From: a virus
Taxonomy: Duplodnaviria > Caudoviricetes
Length of the DNA stretch: 62,381 nucleotides
Virus record (IMG/VR): IMGVR_UViG_3300013125_000007
Coordinates: 1-62,381 of that record
Reading direction: 5' to 3' (one strand)
Within the stretch, counting starts at the first letter, position 1, and each line of letters begins with the position of its first letter. Made by a program: the position numbers and the translations under genes. Shown here piece by piece: positions 18,360-30,600 of this stretch. The notes under the pieces were generated by a model. It was not told where the DNA came from. It was given only the letters and a program-made list of their open reading frames with translations, and ran no database searches.

Positions 18360-20207
18360 ATGCCAACTCAAAATGTAATAAAAGATATAAATTATTTAGG
18401 TAGAGATTATACTAGTTCTAGAAAATCATTAATTGAGTTTTCTAAAGTTTATTTTCCAGACGAATATAATGATTTTTCCGATGCATCAGTAGGTATGATG
18501 TTTATTGAAATGTCGTCCTATATTTCAGATGTCATGTCATTATATACAGATACTCAATTAAGAGAATCATTCTTGCAAACTGCGGTTAATTTTCCTAATA
18601 TTATTAACAACGCGCAGTCACTCGGGTATTCTCCACGCATGTCATCTGTAGCAAATACATTTCTAGATGTATATCAATTAATACCTGCGATAGGAACTAT
18701 TGAATTCGAACCAGATTGGAGATATGCGCTTCGTATATCTGACTTACAAGTTGCGTCAAAAACTTCTCCATCTGTAAAATTTTACACAGACGAAGTTGTT
18801 GATTTTTCAATATCGGGGTCAGATGCGATAGACATTAGTATCTATAGACGTAATCCGGCGGGCGATAAAATAGAATATTTTCTACTTAAGACACCCGTTA
18901 GAGTTACGTCGGGTAATATTGTTACTAAAGAATTTACAATAGGTGATGCACAGGCATATTTAACAATAACAATGCCAGATGAAAATATTATAAATATTTT
19001 AGATGTATATGATTCAAGTGGAAATAAATGGTATGAAGTACCATACTTAGCACAAGATACTGTTACTGACGATGTTCCAATAAATAATATTACTCAATTT
19101 TCTAATTCAAAATATAATACATCATTTTTATTAATGTATAAAACTGTAGCTAAAAGATTTATAAAACGAATTAATACAAGTGGTAAAACTGAAATACGTT
19201 TTGGTGCAGGAACGTCAGCATATCCTGACGAACTTATTATTCCTACTCCATATACAGTAGGCTATACATATTTTAATAAACCATTAGATCCTAGAAACTT
19301 TTTAAATACTAATACATATGGTCAAGCACCTAGTAATACAACATTAACTATAAGATATATAGTAGGTAATAATTTATCTTCAAATGTAGAATCAAATGAA
19401 CTAACAAGTATTATAAATATGAATGCAACACAAGTAAGTGCAGATGTAGATAATACACTCATGGGATTTGTTATTAGTTCAATAGCATGTAACAATCCTT
19501 CACCTGCGGTTGGGTCAAGAGGTCCAGAAGGTATTGAAGAAATTAGAAATAATGCACTTGCATATTTTTCTGCCCAAGATAGATGTGTAACATTACCAGA
19601 TTATGAAGTTAGAATATTATCAATGCATCCTAAATATGGTTCTATTTCTAAAGTTAAAGTTCAAGCAGATAGTTCTTTAGTTGATAAAGATGCTATAATA
19701 CCAAACCAATTTGCTCTAAATGCATACTGTTTAACATATGACAAAAATAAAAATTTAACAGTATTAAACGATGCAATTAAATATAATTTAATAAATTATC
19801 TTAATGAATATAGAATGGCAACTGATGCCGTAAATATTAAAAATGCTAACATAGTTAATATTGCAGTAGAATTTGATATTACAACATATGATAATATTGT
19901 AAATAAACGTGAAGTTTTATTAATGTGTATAGAAAGTTTAAAATTATATTTTAATATAGATAACTGGAGTATAGGACAGCCAATTATTATATCTGAGATT
20001 ACAAATATATTAGATAGAATTAAAGGAGTTATGACTGTAAATAATATTAAAATTATTAATAAATATGATACAAGTGGGGCATTATATTCTACTAAAAAAT
20101 ATAATATTCCATCTGCGACTATACAAGGTATAATTTATTCGCCTATGGATCCAAGTATATTTGAGGTAAAATATCCAGATGTAGATATTTCTGGGAGGGC
20201 GAAATAA
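18360..20207 (+). CDS. gp6: Baseplate wedge protein gp6 / baseplate J-like
   Basis: YLGRDY, YNDFSDASVGMMFIEM, LGYSP, IRFGAG, AQDRCVTLPDY. Confidence 0.9.
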   Translation: MPTQNVIKDINYLGRDYTSSRKSLIEFSKVYFPDEYNDFSDASVGMMFIEMSSYISDVMSLYTDTQLRESFLQTAVNFPNIINNAQSLGYSPRMSSVANTFLDVYQLIPAIGTIEFEPDWRYALRISDLQVASKTSPSVKFYTDEVVDFSISGSDAIDISIYRRNPAGDKIEYFLLKTPVRVTSGNIVTKEFTIGDAQAYLTITMPDENIINILDVYDSSGNKWYEVPYLAQDTVTDDVPINNITQFSNSKYNTSFLLMYKTVAKRFIKRINTSGKTEIRFGAGTSAYPDELIIPTPYTVGYTYFNKPLDPRNFLNTNTYGQAPSNTTLTIRYIVGNNLSSNVESNELTSIINMNATQVSADVDNTLMGFVISSIACNNPSPAVGSRGPEGIEEIRNNALAYFSAQDRCVTLPDYEVRILSMHPKYGSISKVKVQADSSLVDKDAIIPNQFALNAYCLTYDKNKNLTVLNDAIKYNLINYLNEYRMATDAVNIKNANIVNIAVEFDITTYDNIVNKREVLLMCIESLKLYFNIDNWSIGQPIIISEITNILDRIKGVMTVNNIKIINKYDTSGALYSTKKYNIPSATIQGIIYSPMDPSIFEVKYPDVDISGRAK

Positions 20208-20404
20208 TGATTACTATTGATGTTGAAGTAGGTGATATAATTTTAACCGGAAGATTTAAAAATAAAAAAGTTGAAGTTAAAAAAATAGGTAAAGATGAAT
20301 ATGGGTTACCTACTATAAATGGTAAAAAGGTAGTGACATTTAGAATACAAAAACTTATGAAGAAAGAACAAAAATTAAAAATTTCAAACTTATTAATTAA
20401 ATAG
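20207..20404 (+). CDS. Small basic beta-rich protein (SH3/KOW-like)
   Basis: VEVGDIILTGRFKNKKVEVKKIG; translationally coupled. Confidence 0.7.
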   Translation: MITIDVEVGDIILTGRFKNKKVEVKKIGKDEYGLPTINGKKVVTFRIQKLMKKEQKLKISNLLIK

Positions 20405-20412
20405 AGAACACA

Positions 20413-21477
20413 ATGTATCAATTATTATATCCAATTAAAGATTCTACAATATACAGTTATAAACCTTTGTTAAATACAGGTAAGGACCAATTAGTAGAAA
20501 TATATAAAGTAGTTGATCACAATGATTATAACTTTTCTAGAATATTAATGCAATTTGATTTTGCATATATTTCTTCTTCTATTGCAAATGGTACAATATC
20601 TTCTCCTAAATTTTACTTGAATATGTATGTCACAACTGCAATTAATCAACGTGAATATACAAACTTATATATTTATCCAGTATCATCTAGTTGGACAGAA
20701 GGTTTAGGTACATTTTCAGAAATAGTTGATGCTGCAGATGGAGTTACGTGGGAATATAGAAAACGAGAATTAAGTATACCATGGACAAATAGTGGTAGTG
20801 ATTATTTACCAAATGTAATTTCGGCATCACTTTGGAAAGAAGAAAACATATATCAATCGACTGGAATATATAGTGACCAAGTATCTGATTTGAATGTAGA
20901 TATTACAAGTCTAGTTATGAGTTGGATTAGTGGTTCAATTCCTAATAATGGATTTATAATAAAAAGAGATTCAAGTGAAGAATTAGATATAGAGTCGTAT
21001 GGTAAAATAACATTTTATTCTAAAGACACACACACAATTTATTCACCTCGTATAAGTGTTGTATGGGATGACACATCATTTATAACCGGGTCATTAGTAC
21101 CTTCTGATATAAATGACACATACATATATGCACGCAATATGAAAGAAAAATATAATTGGAAAGAAAAAACCAGAATATATTTGGGAGTACGAGCTAAATA
21201 CCCAGTGTCTTCGTTTTCAGTATCTAATAAAATGTATCTAGATAAATTTATTCCATCATCTTCATATTATTGTATTTTAGATGCGATTACTAATAGTATT
21301 TTTATTCCATTTGATACGGATGGTACAAAAATTTCATGCGACGCAAATGGTAATTATTTAAATTTATCATTTGATGGATTTTATCCTGAACGATTCTATA
21401 GTATCAGAATTAAAATGGTATCTGGATCTATAGAAAATATAATAGATTTACCTGTACCATTTAAAGTTATAAAATAA
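20413..21477 (+). CDS. Virion structural protein (DNRLRE-like domain)
   Basis: KDSTIYS..NTGKD, SRILMQFD, VSSSWTEG, DITSLV.SW..G..PNNGFII. Confidence 0.7.
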   Translation: MYQLLYPIKDSTIYSYKPLLNTGKDQLVEIYKVVDHNDYNFSRILMQFDFAYISSSIANGTISSPKFYLNMYVTTAINQREYTNLYIYPVSSSWTEGLGTFSEIVDAADGVTWEYRKRELSIPWTNSGSDYLPNVISASLWKEENIYQSTGIYSDQVSDLNVDITSLVMSWISGSIPNNGFIIKRDSSEELDIESYGKITFYSKDTHTIYSPRISVVWDDTSFITGSLVPSDINDTYIYARNMKEKYNWKEKTRIYLGVRAKYPVSSFSVSNKMYLDKFIPSSSYYCILDAITNSIFIPFDTDGTKISCDANGNYLNLSFDGFYPERFYSIRIKMVSGSIENIIDLPVPFKVIK

Positions 21478-24056
21478 TGTCAAATATAATTAATAACGAG
21501 GGTACATTTGCCCAGTATAAGGATCAAATTAATACTGACGTAGATATTAATAGTAGAATATTATCAATATCAGATACTACTATTCCAATATTAACGGCAT
21601 CACAATATATAACTGCCTCAATTGATTCTGTTAATTTTGGATCATCGTATTTAGATAAAATCATAGATACTAATTTTAGTGAGTTTATTTATTATCCACA
21701 AATTTTAACAACTAATGGTTTATTATTAATCAGTAAATCTGAATATCTTCAATTAGAAACAGAAAATTTATATTTATCAAGTAGTATAATATATAGTCAA
21801 TCTATAAATGATTCAGAAATTAAGTCACGTGAATACAGAAATATAGCATTAAAAAATACAGCATGCACAATTAATTTGTCGGTTATTAATATAATTAATA
21901 ATTTAATGACAACTAAATATTATAATAACACAGAGGTACTAGATCTATTAAACAATTTAAAGACAATGTTATATACGTCGTATGACAATTTATTATTTAA
22001 TGAATACACACTCGTTAATTCATCTAATGAATTTATTAATAAAATAAATGTGCCCATTATAATGAGTAAATCATTCATGGATACTACATATTCGTGGGTA
22101 GAAGATACATATATTAATAAAATATATAAAACAGATTATGTATTTAATGTCACAGAAGATCTTTTAAAATATAATATCTTTACACCGCAGACTTCTAATT
22201 GGGACGCACCATTTAAATCAACACAATCATCTGTAGATATAAAGTTAAATTTAAGTGTATATCCATTATCAGTTACTGATGTTGATACTGTAAATGAATA
22301 TGATGCTTGGTTAAAGAATTTAAAAGTTACATTACGTAATGAATCAGATATATATTTATATACATACTTCGACACAGCCGATCGTACATCATTCTTAAAA
22401 CAATGTTCTATACCAAATTCTCAATACTTTATAGTAGAATTAAATGCAGATCCTAGTTCATATGAACTAGATATTGATAATTCATATCTGAGATTTATTA
22501 AACAAGCATCAAATAGTGTAATTACTGGATCTACATTATCTGATACTGTACCTATATATGAATATAGTACAGTTGGTATGTCGAACATATACATTAATAA
22601 AGACCAATTGGGATTTTATGGGTATAAAGTTGAAGGAATGGGTCACGAAGGAGTTTTACCAGTAGAGTTAAAATTAAATATTAGATGGGCTCATAATCCT
22701 TCACCTATTACCTCTAAATATTTACAACTAGAACCATTATATCCACAACTTAGTATTCAAAATACATCTCCTTGGAATACAACTGATATAGAAAATTTTG
22801 AAAAATTTAGAAAAGGTTTAATATTAACGCTTACAAATATAAATAATAATAAAATAATACATGAATTCTATCCTGATGCAAATGGAAATTTTGATTCTTT
22901 ACAATTGAATAAAATAAATTTACAATACGGACGATATAGACTAGATTTTAATGGTAGTGCATATAGAAAATATAATAATACGTTTAGAATAAATTCAATT
23001 CGGTTTTTTTATAAAGATGATAATGGTCAAGAAATAAGTTTATATGACAAAGACATGGAGATTACAGAATCAGGTGGTAGAATATTTAATATAAAATCAA
23101 CTGGACGAGGATATTTATTTAAGTTTGATATTATATGGATATCCATAATAGATGAAATAGAGTTTGGCGAATCACCAATTAATTATGATTATCATAAAAA
23201 TGTAATTTACGATGCTGCATTTGACACAAATAGACCTGAATCATATTGGGGTGGTTTAGCCGAAATACATAAACCTATGTGGTGGATTAATAAACCGGTA
23301 TTTAATATGTTAGAAGGTCATAATTTAAATGGAGTTAGAGAAACATTTTCAACTTCACCAAATGGCTTACCTGCCTTATTTGAAAATTATGGAGTATACA
23401 ATAAAGTAGATAGACATGTGGATTGGTCTCGGACACATACATCATATCTTATTATTATTACATCAAATATTCCATACTCTGATATGACTGAAATTCAAAA
23501 AAATCAATATGACGAATGGATAAATACTGCTATCATAAAATTTGAGTTTGAGGACGCAACTACTAATATGCTATATTCAATATCATCATATTTTAATAAA
23601 GAACAGAAAGTACATGCATATAACCAAAGTGGAAGAATATTATTAGATGAATTATATGATTACACACTACCATCTGTAATTCCTGTAGATGAACAAGACT
23701 GGTGGAAACTTCCTCATCCTGTACTTAATTTTCCAAATACTACAGCAATTAAACGTAAATTTAAAATTAAATTTAATAAGTCATTAGAAGATTATAATTT
23801 ATATGATATTGATATAATTAATCGAAATACGAAGAAAGCACATTATATTGCAACTGTATATAGTAAAGGTGCGGCGACACCAATGTATGTCGACCAAGTT
23901 ATAGAAAAAACCGATATTAATAATACTGAATTTATTATGCCATGGAATAAATTCTATGATTATGATGACTATGGAAATAAACAACCAAATGATAATGGAC
24001 TATTTAACCCAGTAAATTATTATTTTAATATGAAAATTGAATATATAGTGAAATAG
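21477..24056 (+). CDS. Large putative tail/baseplate-associated protein, paralog A
   Basis: 859 aa in the structural operon; N-terminus similar to 24058..26085. Confidence 0.75.
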   Translation: MSNIINNEGTFAQYKDQINTDVDINSRILSISDTTIPILTASQYITASIDSVNFGSSYLDKIIDTNFSEFIYYPQILTTNGLLLISKSEYLQLETENLYLSSSIIYSQSINDSEIKSREYRNIALKNTACTINLSVINIINNLMTTKYYNNTEVLDLLNNLKTMLYTSYDNLLFNEYTLVNSSNEFINKINVPIIMSKSFMDTTYSWVEDTYINKIYKTDYVFNVTEDLLKYNIFTPQTSNWDAPFKSTQSSVDIKLNLSVYPLSVTDVDTVNEYDAWLKNLKVTLRNESDIYLYTYFDTADRTSFLKQCSIPNSQYFIVELNADPSSYELDIDNSYLRFIKQASNSVITGSTLSDTVPIYEYSTVGMSNIYINKDQLGFYGYKVEGMGHEGVLPVELKLNIRWAHNPSPITSKYLQLEPLYPQLSIQNTSPWNTTDIENFEKFRKGLILTLTNINNNKIIHEFYPDANGNFDSLQLNKINLQYGRYRLDFNGSAYRKYNNTFRINSIRFFYKDDNGQEISLYDKDMEITESGGRIFNIKSTGRGYLFKFDIIWISIIDEIEFGESPINYDYHKNVIYDAAFDTNRPESYWGGLAEIHKPMWWINKPVFNMLEGHNLNGVRETFSTSPNGLPALFENYGVYNKVDRHVDWSRTHTSYLIIITSNIPYSDMTEIQKNQYDEWINTAIIKFEFEDATTNMLYSISSYFNKEQKVHAYNQSGRILLDELYDYTLPSVIPVDEQDWWKLPHPVLNFPNTTAIKRKFKIKFNKSLEDYNLYDIDIINRNTKKAHYIATVYSKGAATPMYVDQVIEKTDINNTEFIMPWNKFYDYDDYGNKQPNDNGLFNPVNYYFNMKIEYIVK

Positions 24057-24057
24057 T

Positions 24058-26085
24058 ATGGACATAATAATTAATGATATTAGGTCATTTGAAATAAATC
24101 GAGATCTAATAGAAACAACTATTAGTGATAATAATAGTATATTGTCAATCAGTAGTTCAATATGTAATCCATTAACTGCATCACAGTATTTAGATTTAAC
24201 GTTAAGTGCAAAAAATTTTATACTATCTGACACATTAGATAAAAACATCATAGATACTACAATCTATGAACTTATAGATCCTACTCAAATTGTAAAAACA
24301 TCGAACGCTATGACGTTAATTTCAGAATCTAGATTTAATTTAATTACAGATTCTATTACAGATTATAGAAATGTTAATGATATAGCACATTTGGAATTTA
24401 ATTCTACTACAGCGTCTTTGGACCAAGAATACGCAGTATTAAATAGTACAATAAATACAACAAATATTGTATTGAATACTGTATTAAGAGGTACTATTGA
24501 TTCAATGTTTAAAAATAATTTTGGTATTAAACAAGATTTAGAATCATTGAGATATGTATTCAGTTCTTCTGTACAACATATATTAAATAATCCTTCTATA
24601 TTATATTCAACAAATGAAACAATACTTCAATCACCCACAGATAGTGATACTACAACGTGGGTGCAACGTGTGACAAATGTTATACAGGAATTAAATCCAC
24701 ACACAATAGAAAATAAAGTTAACATATCAACCCAAGGTGTATATTTTAATACTTATAATATACCAATTAATGATAAATTCATATTAGGTAAATTTATACC
24801 GATATTTTTAAATATACATATATTACCTCTTATTTCTACTTTAAAATTATATGAAGACAAATATAATGCCTGGTTAAAAAACTTATATGTAGAATTAATT
24901 GATGCATATGACACTTCACAATATATTAGAACATATTTTGATACATCTGGAAATGCATATTCGTGTAAATATGCAACATATATTCCATATGATAGACCAT
25001 TTTATTTTAACATAAATAATATTGATACTAATTATTATATTCAAAATTCATCATTAATATTTAAACAAGGATATAAAATTCCAGCAATAGGTCCAACTGG
25101 TCAATTTGAGGGAATATATGTTGGTGCGACAGTAGTTGATACAATTACACACAATATTATTACATCTAATATAAATGAAAATACACAGTTTACTGCTGAT
25201 AGTGAATTTGTATCTGGATCAGCATTTGCGGTTGTTGCGAATATTAATATAGGATGGACAGCTGATTTTAATAAAGTAAATTTACAAATTAATTTAAATG
25301 ACTTAAATTCTAGTGGATTTCAAGAATGGTCAAAAATTAACACGTTTAATATTAGAGATAAATATGATAATGACAGAATTATAGATACTATATTTATATC
25401 AGATTGTATAGAACCGTTAACTTTAATATTATCTGAAAGTAAATATGATATTACATTTAATACAACTGATCAATTACGTGTTGAAAATTCTACTGTAACA
25501 TATGTCGATTTATATAAAAATACACTTAATTATTTAATAAATACCCAGAGTTTAGAATTTAATGTTAACAATAATGAATCAGGTATGTTTATTAAATTTG
25601 ATTTATCATTAACTGATATGGATTTATTATTAGATATTGCGGTAAATGGTCCAATTTATAGTAAACCTTCAACTTGGTCATTAAATAAGATTTTAGCATT
25701 TAACTCATATTTTAATGATAATACACCACCAACATTAGAAATTTATAAGAATGATATATTATATAAAGTTTTTAATTTTAACAATGAAACGTTGTATATA
25801 GATACTCCAAACAGATTAATAAAGTTTGGGACGGGTTTATATAGATTTGTTGTCAATCAGCCTTATAGACTAGATAGTAAATTTAATATGTATATAGCTA
25901 GATTTCATTACACATTACCTGATAAAACTAGACACTCGACAGACTTAAAGATAGATCACAGTACTAATAGTACTACTTTAAATTTGGATATTAATGATAC
26001 ATTCGATTCAAATTTAAGCTTAGAAATATTAACTTCATTTGATTATAGAGAGTCTAAAGTATTACCAAATTCATCTCAATTATGA
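24058..26085 (+). CDS. Large putative tail/baseplate-associated protein, paralog B
   Basis: 675 aa; LTASQY and AWLKNL..TYFDT shared with paralog A. Confidence 0.75.
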   Translation: MDIIINDIRSFEINRDLIETTISDNNSILSISSSICNPLTASQYLDLTLSAKNFILSDTLDKNIIDTTIYELIDPTQIVKTSNAMTLISESRFNLITDSITDYRNVNDIAHLEFNSTTASLDQEYAVLNSTINTTNIVLNTVLRGTIDSMFKNNFGIKQDLESLRYVFSSSVQHILNNPSILYSTNETILQSPTDSDTTTWVQRVTNVIQELNPHTIENKVNISTQGVYFNTYNIPINDKFILGKFIPIFLNIHILPLISTLKLYEDKYNAWLKNLYVELIDAYDTSQYIRTYFDTSGNAYSCKYATYIPYDRPFYFNINNIDTNYYIQNSSLIFKQGYKIPAIGPTGQFEGIYVGATVVDTITHNIITSNINENTQFTADSEFVSGSAFAVVANINIGWTADFNKVNLQINLNDLNSSGFQEWSKINTFNIRDKYDNDRIIDTIFISDCIEPLTLILSESKYDITFNTTDQLRVENSTVTYVDLYKNTLNYLINTQSLEFNVNNNESGMFIKFDLSLTDMDLLLDIAVNGPIYSKPSTWSLNKILAFNSYFNDNTPPTLEIYKNDILYKVFNFNNETLYIDTPNRLIKFGTGLYRFVVNQPYRLDSKFNMYIARFHYTLPDKTRHSTDLKIDHSTNSTTLNLDINDTFDSNLSLEILTSFDYRESKVLPNSSQL

Positions 26086-26115
26086 TAATATTTTGTTTCA
26101 TCTATATTTAATAAT

Positions 26116-27654
26116 ATGACAATAAACAATAATCAACGCGTACAATTAGTAGAATCTCCATCTTTCAATAACGATGTTCTAAATAATTTTAAGCAGTTTG
26201 GTATTATATACTTAATAATAAACGATATAACAACCGGAGAATTAATATCTGTAAACACATTTAATCTGGCAGATGGAGGAATATATAACAATTATTTCTT
26301 TATTAGTCAAGATGATAATAACAAATATACTTTAACTTTTAATCCTGGTATGTTTTTTAGAAATATTGGAATAATTGACGGGTCATATAATTATGAATTT
26401 AAATTTACTATACCTAAATTGGGCAATAGTACTAGAAATTATGTTATAAACAGAATTTCTACTTCTAGACTTGAAGTAGAAATTGTTGAGCCTGATATAA
26501 ATAAAACTGAAGAAGATTTACAATTGGACAATTTAATTTCGAATAAAGAATTTAAGGCGTTTATTAATAATAATGACACACCGTTAAATGACACAATATC
26601 TAAATTGAAAACTTATATAAACTTTGGTAATATTAATAGTTTCTTAATTGTTAATTCATACTACTATCAATATAAATTATATTTAAAATTGTATGAACCA
26701 CTTTCTGAAGAAGTGGATAATTATTCTAGGTTTATAATTGAAGAAGATATTATTAATAGTATACGTGGAGATATAACATTATATACTGAATCAGAATTAT
26801 TAAAAGAGTTAGTAGATGATATACCTGCTGTATTTACTAATCCAATACCTGCTGACGAAACCGAATTATTAAATTATACAATACTAAAACAAAATTCTAT
26901 TTCTACAAATGAACACTTGAATTATAATATAAGTTCTTCATTGGAAGGAATTAGTTTGAATACTGACTATAGAATATTTAATAGGTTTATACATTATTCA
27001 ACTTCAGTTAATAGAATACAAAATTTTAAAACTAAAATACAAAGTATAGAATATTATAACTCAAAAATAGATGAATATAATGCAACGACAGATGCTCCAG
27101 TATATGCTACATCTAGTGTAAATTATTATACAAATTTAAAAAATGATATACTTATGTCGTTTGATTCATTTGAAAAATATTTATATTACCAAAGTGCATC
27201 TAATGTCGATATAGATGAATTTTATAGTTCGTCAAACGAACCAGTTCAATTTGTTGTTCAGCCATGGCCTAAATCAAACTCAAGTAAACCATATACATTA
27301 TATTATTCTACATCTAGTCAAGTAACAAATTGGTATAATGAACTAATAACTGAATCTGAAATATATGATAATAAAAATCCTGATAAATTAACAAATTTTA
27401 TTCCTATGGAAATACGCAACAATGTGTTTAATGAACCATATGTTAAACTTATAAATATGGTATCACATTTTTTTGATACTAGATATAATTATATAAAAGA
27501 AATGACATCGATAAATAGAATACATCCAGATATTAATAAAGGTATACCAAAAGATTTAATAATATCAAGATTAAATCACTTTGGGTTTGATGCCAAGAGT
27601 GGATTTTCTACTATGCCATTCAATGTAACAACGCCAATTTCACAATCTATATGA
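26116..27654 (+). CDS. Baseplate structural protein (N-terminal part of a large wedge-type protein)
   Basis: ISTSRLE, LKLYEPL, FEKYLYY, PWPK motifs; structural operon context. Confidence 0.65.
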   Translation: MTINNNQRVQLVESPSFNNDVLNNFKQFGIIYLIINDITTGELISVNTFNLADGGIYNNYFFISQDDNNKYTLTFNPGMFFRNIGIIDGSYNYEFKFTIPKLGNSTRNYVINRISTSRLEVEIVEPDINKTEEDLQLDNLISNKEFKAFINNNDTPLNDTISKLKTYINFGNINSFLIVNSYYYQYKLYLKLYEPLSEEVDNYSRFIIEEDIINSIRGDITLYTESELLKELVDDIPAVFTNPIPADETELLNYTILKQNSISTNEHLNYNISSSLEGISLNTDYRIFNRFIHYSTSVNRIQNFKTKIQSIEYYNSKIDEYNATTDAPVYATSSVNYYTNLKNDILMSFDSFEKYLYYQSASNVDIDEFYSSSNEPVQFVVQPWPKSNSSKPYTLYYSTSSQVTNWYNELITESEIYDNKNPDKLTNFIPMEIRNNVFNEPYVKLINMVSHFFDTRYNYIKEMTSINRIHPDINKGIPKDLIISRLNHFGFDAKSGFSTMPFNVTTPISQSI

Positions 27655-27655
27655 T

Positions 27656-30600
27656 ATGCTAAATCCTTTAACACAATATAACGAAAAAATACAATACGAC
27701 CCTAACACTGATTATATTGTATATAAAGATATAACATTAGAAATTTGGAATAGAATTTTAAATAATTTACCATATCTTTATAAGACCAAAGGTACAATCC
27801 GTGGTATTAAAGCATTAGTTACATGTTACGGTATACCATCATCCTTATTATCAATTGTTGAATACGGTGGGCCAGATTTAGATCCTGTTAATCAAATTTA
27901 TAACGAATATTCAATAGATAATTTTTCGTACGCAGCTCAATTCAATATGAGTCAAAGTATTCAATTTGATTGGACATCATCATTATACAATAGATTTCCA
28001 AGTTCAGTCCAATTTAGATTTTTAATTCCAATAACTGGATATGATCAAACTAGTATGTCACTCGTAGAAGTACCAGGGAGTTGGTCACTGTCAGTTATAC
28101 CAACTGGTACTGAATATGGTGGAAAAATTAAATTTTCTATTTTAACTGGAAGTAATGTATATGCATCATTAACATCAAGTGATATGCGTTTATATGATGG
28201 TCAATTTAATTTTGTAACTATACAAAGAGAAAATGCGATTGATACTCAAATTGATCAGAATTATAGCCTATATGTTAAAAAATATGATAATTTAATATTA
28301 GAATCATCTAAGGAAATATTATTTGTTCCTAGTGCATCTAATAATACATGGGCATCTGCTGGAACATTCTTATTAGGTGGAAGTGGTTCACAATTTGCGC
28401 ATTCATTTGATGGCTCAATTGATGAATTGAGATTTTGGGATAGTGCACTCTTAGAATCAACTATCGATTCTCATACTAAATTTCCTCAATCAATAATTGG
28501 CAATTATATTACATCATCATATACTGATTTAATATTGCGTATATCATTTGATAATCCTGTGCCTTTTGATACGTCAAGCGCAGTTTCTATTCCAAGTTGG
28601 AATGAAGTACAACCACTTGGATTAAATAGTGGACAATATACTGGAATTACGGTATCGTCTACTGGTGATTCAATTGTCATAGCCAATCAAAACGCGAAAA
28701 TAATGAAGAGTACAAATTATGCATCTTCGTTTACTGACATTACTCCTGCTACATTTGATGGTAGTACGTGGAACACACTTGCAATGTCAGATGATGGTTC
28801 TGTAATTTTGGCTGGAGATAGTAATGCATTAATTGCTGCTCTCAGTATTGACGGTGGGTCTAATTGGTATACAACTAGACATCCTGTTGCATCCAATAGT
28901 TGGAATGGTGCAACAGTTAGTGGTGACGGAAATACATTACTATTAGGTACGGGCTTTAAGATTTTCATATCAACTGACGTTGGATTAAATTGGACACAGG
29001 TTGATGCATTTGCAGGTAATACTATATATGAAGCAACTTGGATTAATTATGATGGTAGTATTATAATTTTAGGTACTTCAATTCCATATAGTCCGTATAC
29101 ACAAAAATTTTTATATAAGACAGTAGATGGTGGAGCAAATTGGACAACTATATCTTCAACAATACCGACGTTATTAAGTTATTATAGTGTTGCTGCATCT
29201 GATAATGGTAATATTATATTATGTGCCGGATATGAATCAGCAGTAGGTTACCATACATATTTAAGCACTGATGGTGGAACAAATTGGACAGAGGTAAATC
29301 AAGCAGGACACACCCAATGGAAAATGGTTAAAGTTAGTAGTGACGGAAGTTTACTTATTATGGGTTCATCAGATGGTGGATTTTTTATTTCTACTAACAG
29401 TGGTTCAACTTGGACAGAATATACAACCCCAGGTGCAGTCTTTAATTATCTTGTTACTGGAATTAATACAACAGGTACAAAAATACTTACATCGGACAGT
29501 AGTAAACTTTGGTTTATCAATATTGTAACATGGCACGGAATTCCATTATTATCTAATGAAGCGCCTCAAAATTTATATTTATTAAACGGATTAAATTTTT
29601 ATGGCTGGACAAACATTACTACATATCCGTTTGGTTACCATTATTATCAATACCGCAGTTCAATACGTCCAATAAATATTGGTTCAACTAGATTAACATC
29701 AAATAAAATACGATTTGAAAATACTACTACTAAAGATAATGTTTTACAATTAGGAAAAACAACAGAAGTTGGTCAATATGATTATTCAAAATTAGATAAT
29801 GCAAAATTAGGATTAAATTTTAATCCAATAGAATTATTAAATGAAAACATAGTTAGAACATTAGCAATTGAAGATAGTGGCAATTGGGTCGGTTCACCTT
29901 CTAGTATGTATGATTCAAGTTATACAGATTTAGATTTACTTAAGAAATATTATTTTTCATTATATCCTAATACAGGTACAATAAAAGAATACATAAATTA
30001 TATTAGATTTTATGATAAGTCTTTATTTGAACATATTAAACAGATGATACCTGCAAGAACAAAATTATCAGTAGGAATAATTTATGAATCAAATGTTTTA
30101 GAAAGACCTAAGTATCAATATAAAAAACCATATTTATCAATAGATGATAATAGTACTTCTATAAACCTGGCAGCTGAATATAAAAACCAGTATATGTCAT
30201 CGGAAAATATTTCATATGACCTCATATTATCAGGTTCTAGTATTAAAAAAGATATTTTAAGTGGCGTGTCAGATTTAACTACACAAATTCCTCAAACTTT
30301 TACAGAATTAAATTCATTAAATTTTGGGGTTGATACTATATATAGTATATTATCATTGAATATGTCTACCTCATTTAGTAGTAGTTTAGACAGTATAGTC
30401 AATCCAATTGTTAATTTTGATTCAAATTATTTAATATGTGGAGAATATAGAAAATCTGATAGTCAAAAATATAATCCAGTTGACGGATATCCAGATGGGC
30501 ATTATAAAAATTATTTAGGTTATAATACTGCTGAACAAAGACAAAAATATATTGGATGTTTGCAGAATTCAACTACAACATTAGATTTAAATTCGCCAGT

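Noticed and set aside
9546-29528. Alternative-frame + strand ORFs 9546..9752, 10739..10930 and 29340..29528
   Set aside because: They are nested in longer genes with recognisable features and have no independent support.
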